Shown here: piece after piece, positions 61,570 through 64,000 of the stretch
How the letters are laid out: each line of letters opens with the position of its first letter
Numbering within the stretch: position 1 is the first letter of the stretch
NCBI RefSeq assembly: GCF_963921235.1
Contig: NC_086097.1
Span: forward strand, 169,696,001 to 169,760,000
DNA length: 64,000 nucleotides
From: Mobula hypostoma
Lineage: Eukaryota
Reading direction: 5' to 3'
Program-made: the position numbers and the translations under genes
Notes under the pieces: generated by a model
The model's database searches: none
Seen by the model: the letters and a program-made list of their open reading frames with translations, nothing else
What the model was told of the DNA's origin: nothing

Positions 61570-61904
61570 GAAAACACAAATATGTTTAAAGATTATTAAA
61601 ATGACATCTTAAAGTTTGTTTTGGGTAATAATATGTACATGAACATGATGATGCATGATTTCTCATTGTTCTGCGATGAATGCCATCAGGTTCTGGTTTC
61701 CTAGGAAAAATATTTCTATTCCATGTTCACTTTTCCCATTTTGATCATATTAGACATAGTGGTTTCTGAACTCTATGATATGGTAAGCAATTAACTGCTG
61801 TACTTTGCTGACGCAAGCTGTAAATATTAATCGTATCTGTTCTTACAACAAATATTGAGATGTACATTCTCATTTATTTATTCTACTGAATGAACAATCT
61901 GCCA

Positions 61905-61910
61905 AATAAA
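61905..61910 (+). promoter_or_regulatory. Candidate polyadenylation signal for the LGI gene
   Basis: AATAAA 336 nt after the stop, followed by a T/GT-rich tract (tttttgtgctgttttt). Confidence 0.55.
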
Positions 61911-62397
61911 ACCTTTACATTTTTGTGCTGTTTTTAATGAAATTTATTTCCTATAATTAATTCCTTAAAGAACATTCTTTTTATTCCCACAATTTAGAGG
62001 AGGATTTTGACTGTTCTTGATTGTATTCAAATAAATAGATTGTTTCCTGAGACATATGTAAATGACTTGTCTATGAAGAACATATTTATTATTTCTTTAC
62101 AGAGCCAAAAAAATCTGTTTTTGATGAAAGTAAATTTGTGATCTCTTATTCTCTATACAAACTTACCTAACAATTTAGTAATTTATCATGCCAAAGTTAT
62201 GTAGACTTTTGTACTTGTGAAGACTTAAAATAGTATGCTGACTCTTGCTGGAATGGACTCTTGCAGGACCTCCTCCAATAATTTCTCATCTTATCCCTGT
62301 ACCTTGTTGCCTATGCTTGGCCACTTTCCTATTTCTCATTTCCATATTATTTCTTAACAACATCAGTATACAGTCTGACAAGACATTATTTCAATAT

Positions 62398-62958
62398 ATT
62401 GGAGTACTTGGAGTATTGTGTGCAGCTTTGGGCTCCTTATTTTAGAAAGGATATACTGACATTGGAGAGGGTTCAGAGAAGATTCACGAGGATGATTCCA
62501 GGAATTAAAGGGTTACTGTATGAGAATGATAGGCAGCTCTTGGGCTGTATTCCCTGGAGTTCAGGAGAATGAGGGAGGATCTCATAGAAACATTATGAAT
62601 GTTAAAAAGCCTGAACAGATTAGATATGGCAAAGTTATTTCCCATGATATGGGAGTCCAGGACAAGAGGGCATGACTTCAGGATTGAAGGAAGTCCATTA
62701 GAACAGAGAAATTACTTTAGTCAGAGGGTGGTAAATCTGTGGAATTTTTTGCCACAAGCGGCTGTAGAGGCCAAGTCATTGGGTGCATTTAAGGCAGAGA
62801 TAGATAGGTTCTTGATTAGCCTGGGCATCAAAGGGTATGGGGAGATGGCAGGGGAGTGGGGATGACTGGAAGAATTGGATCAGCTCATGATTGAATGGCA
62901 GAGCAGACTCGATGGACCGAATGGCCTACTTCTGCTCCTATATCTTATGGTCTTATAT
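62398..62958 (+). mobile_element. CR1 LINE 3' end
   Basis: NYFSQRVVNLWNFLPQAAVEAKSL, with 3' end cctatatcttatggtcttat. Confidence 0.88.
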
Positions 62959-63292
62959 TGGTTGAGACACTTGGATCTACCTTGTCATCTCTGTTGAATC
63001 TTTAACTGCTTTTAGGCTGACAGCCTGCTTTTTGATCACCCTGTTTTTTCATCACCCTGTTATACTGTTCTCACAAAGCTTTATGAAAATATGAGGAGTA
63101 TTGCGGCACCTTTTGACTAGGCATGTTACAGGCCTTGGAACTCAGCTGTGAGCTCAACAGTTTTAGGCAACCAGCCTTCCAGCTTGTGTCAGAATTGACT
63201 TGTTCTTCTGAAAAATCACCACTCTGTAACATTAACTATGTTCTTTTTTAAAAATCTCTCCTCAGATGCAGTCTGACTAGCTGGGTACTTCT

Positions 63293-63449
63293 AGCAACAC
63301 ACACAAAATGCTGGAGGAACTCGGCAGGCCAGGCAGCATCTATGGGAAAAAGTACAGTCAACATCTTGGGCTAAGACACTGAGTTCCTCCAGCATTTTGT
63401 GTGTGTGTTGCTTGGACTTCCAGCATCTGCAGGTTTTCTCTTGTTTGTG
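63293..63449. mobile_element. Fold-back Penelope-derived mini element
   Basis: agcaacacacacaaaatgctggaggaactc / gagttcctccagcattttgtgtgtgtgttgct inverted arms. No clear TSD. Confidence 0.78.
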
Positions 63450-64000
63450 ATTTAAAGTTACAAGTTGATGAACTTTCAACAGAAAATTGTGCCTCACACT
63501 TTCAAGACCTTTCTCTCTTGTCTATCTTTATTCACCTCCTCTTTTTAATCTACATCACCTCCAGGCAGATAATATGCAGTTAGCAAGCTTTCACCACCAT
63601 CATTGATGTCATTCAGTCTCTATTGGACAATCTCTCTGTTCTTTTCACCTTCTGTAACCTAAAACCTGTTTGATTCTAACTTTACTTGTGTCTAATGCAA
63701 GTTCATCTATTTACAGCGCTAACTCTGTTCCTCTTTCCACAGATGTTGCCTGGATTGCTGACCATTTCCTGCATTTTCTATTTTTATTTCATAGTTCATG
63801 CACTTGCAGTTTAGTTTGATTTTATTTGTTCCTGGATGAACTTAGATTTGCTTCAATTTAAACCATTTTCTTTTACCTCTGACACTGATTCTGTATCCTT
63901 CCCAACCTTTCAATGAACCAGATCATACGAGCTTGAGCTAAACTATCACTTAATATCTTCATCCTCAAAAAAAACTTCCTTCCATCTCATTACACTGCCC

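Overview
This is eukaryotic DNA from a vertebrate, most likely a cartilaginous fish judging by the repeat landscape (CR1, Rex1/Babar, RTE, V-SINE, Penelope; inference). It holds two divergently oriented spliced genes. (1) A FAM210A-like mitochondrial DUF1279 gene lies on the minus strand, with 3 coding exons (23214-22724, 11418-11307, 6843-6610; 278 aa) and a probable CpG-rich promoter near 26.2-26.8 kb. (2) An LGI1-like LRR/EPTP secreted neuronal gene lies on the plus strand, with 8 coding exons (39101-61569; 542 aa). All GT-AG junctions were read by hand and their phases match. The rest is dense, often nested, transposon debris: CR1 LINEs (one apparently with an intact ORF2 running off the left edge), Rex1/Babar, RTE, a HERO-like RLE fragment, tRNA-derived SINEs, two pogo/Tigger-type TA-flanked elements and a partly inverted Tc1. 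The most striking unannotated signal is a family of short Penelope-derived elements. They carry minimal hammerhead-ribozyme cores (CUGANGA...GAAA-CGUH) and mostly occur as small fold-back (inverted) units flanked by 7-15 bp target-site duplications. Most ORFs in the supplied track are spurious or are transposon fragments.
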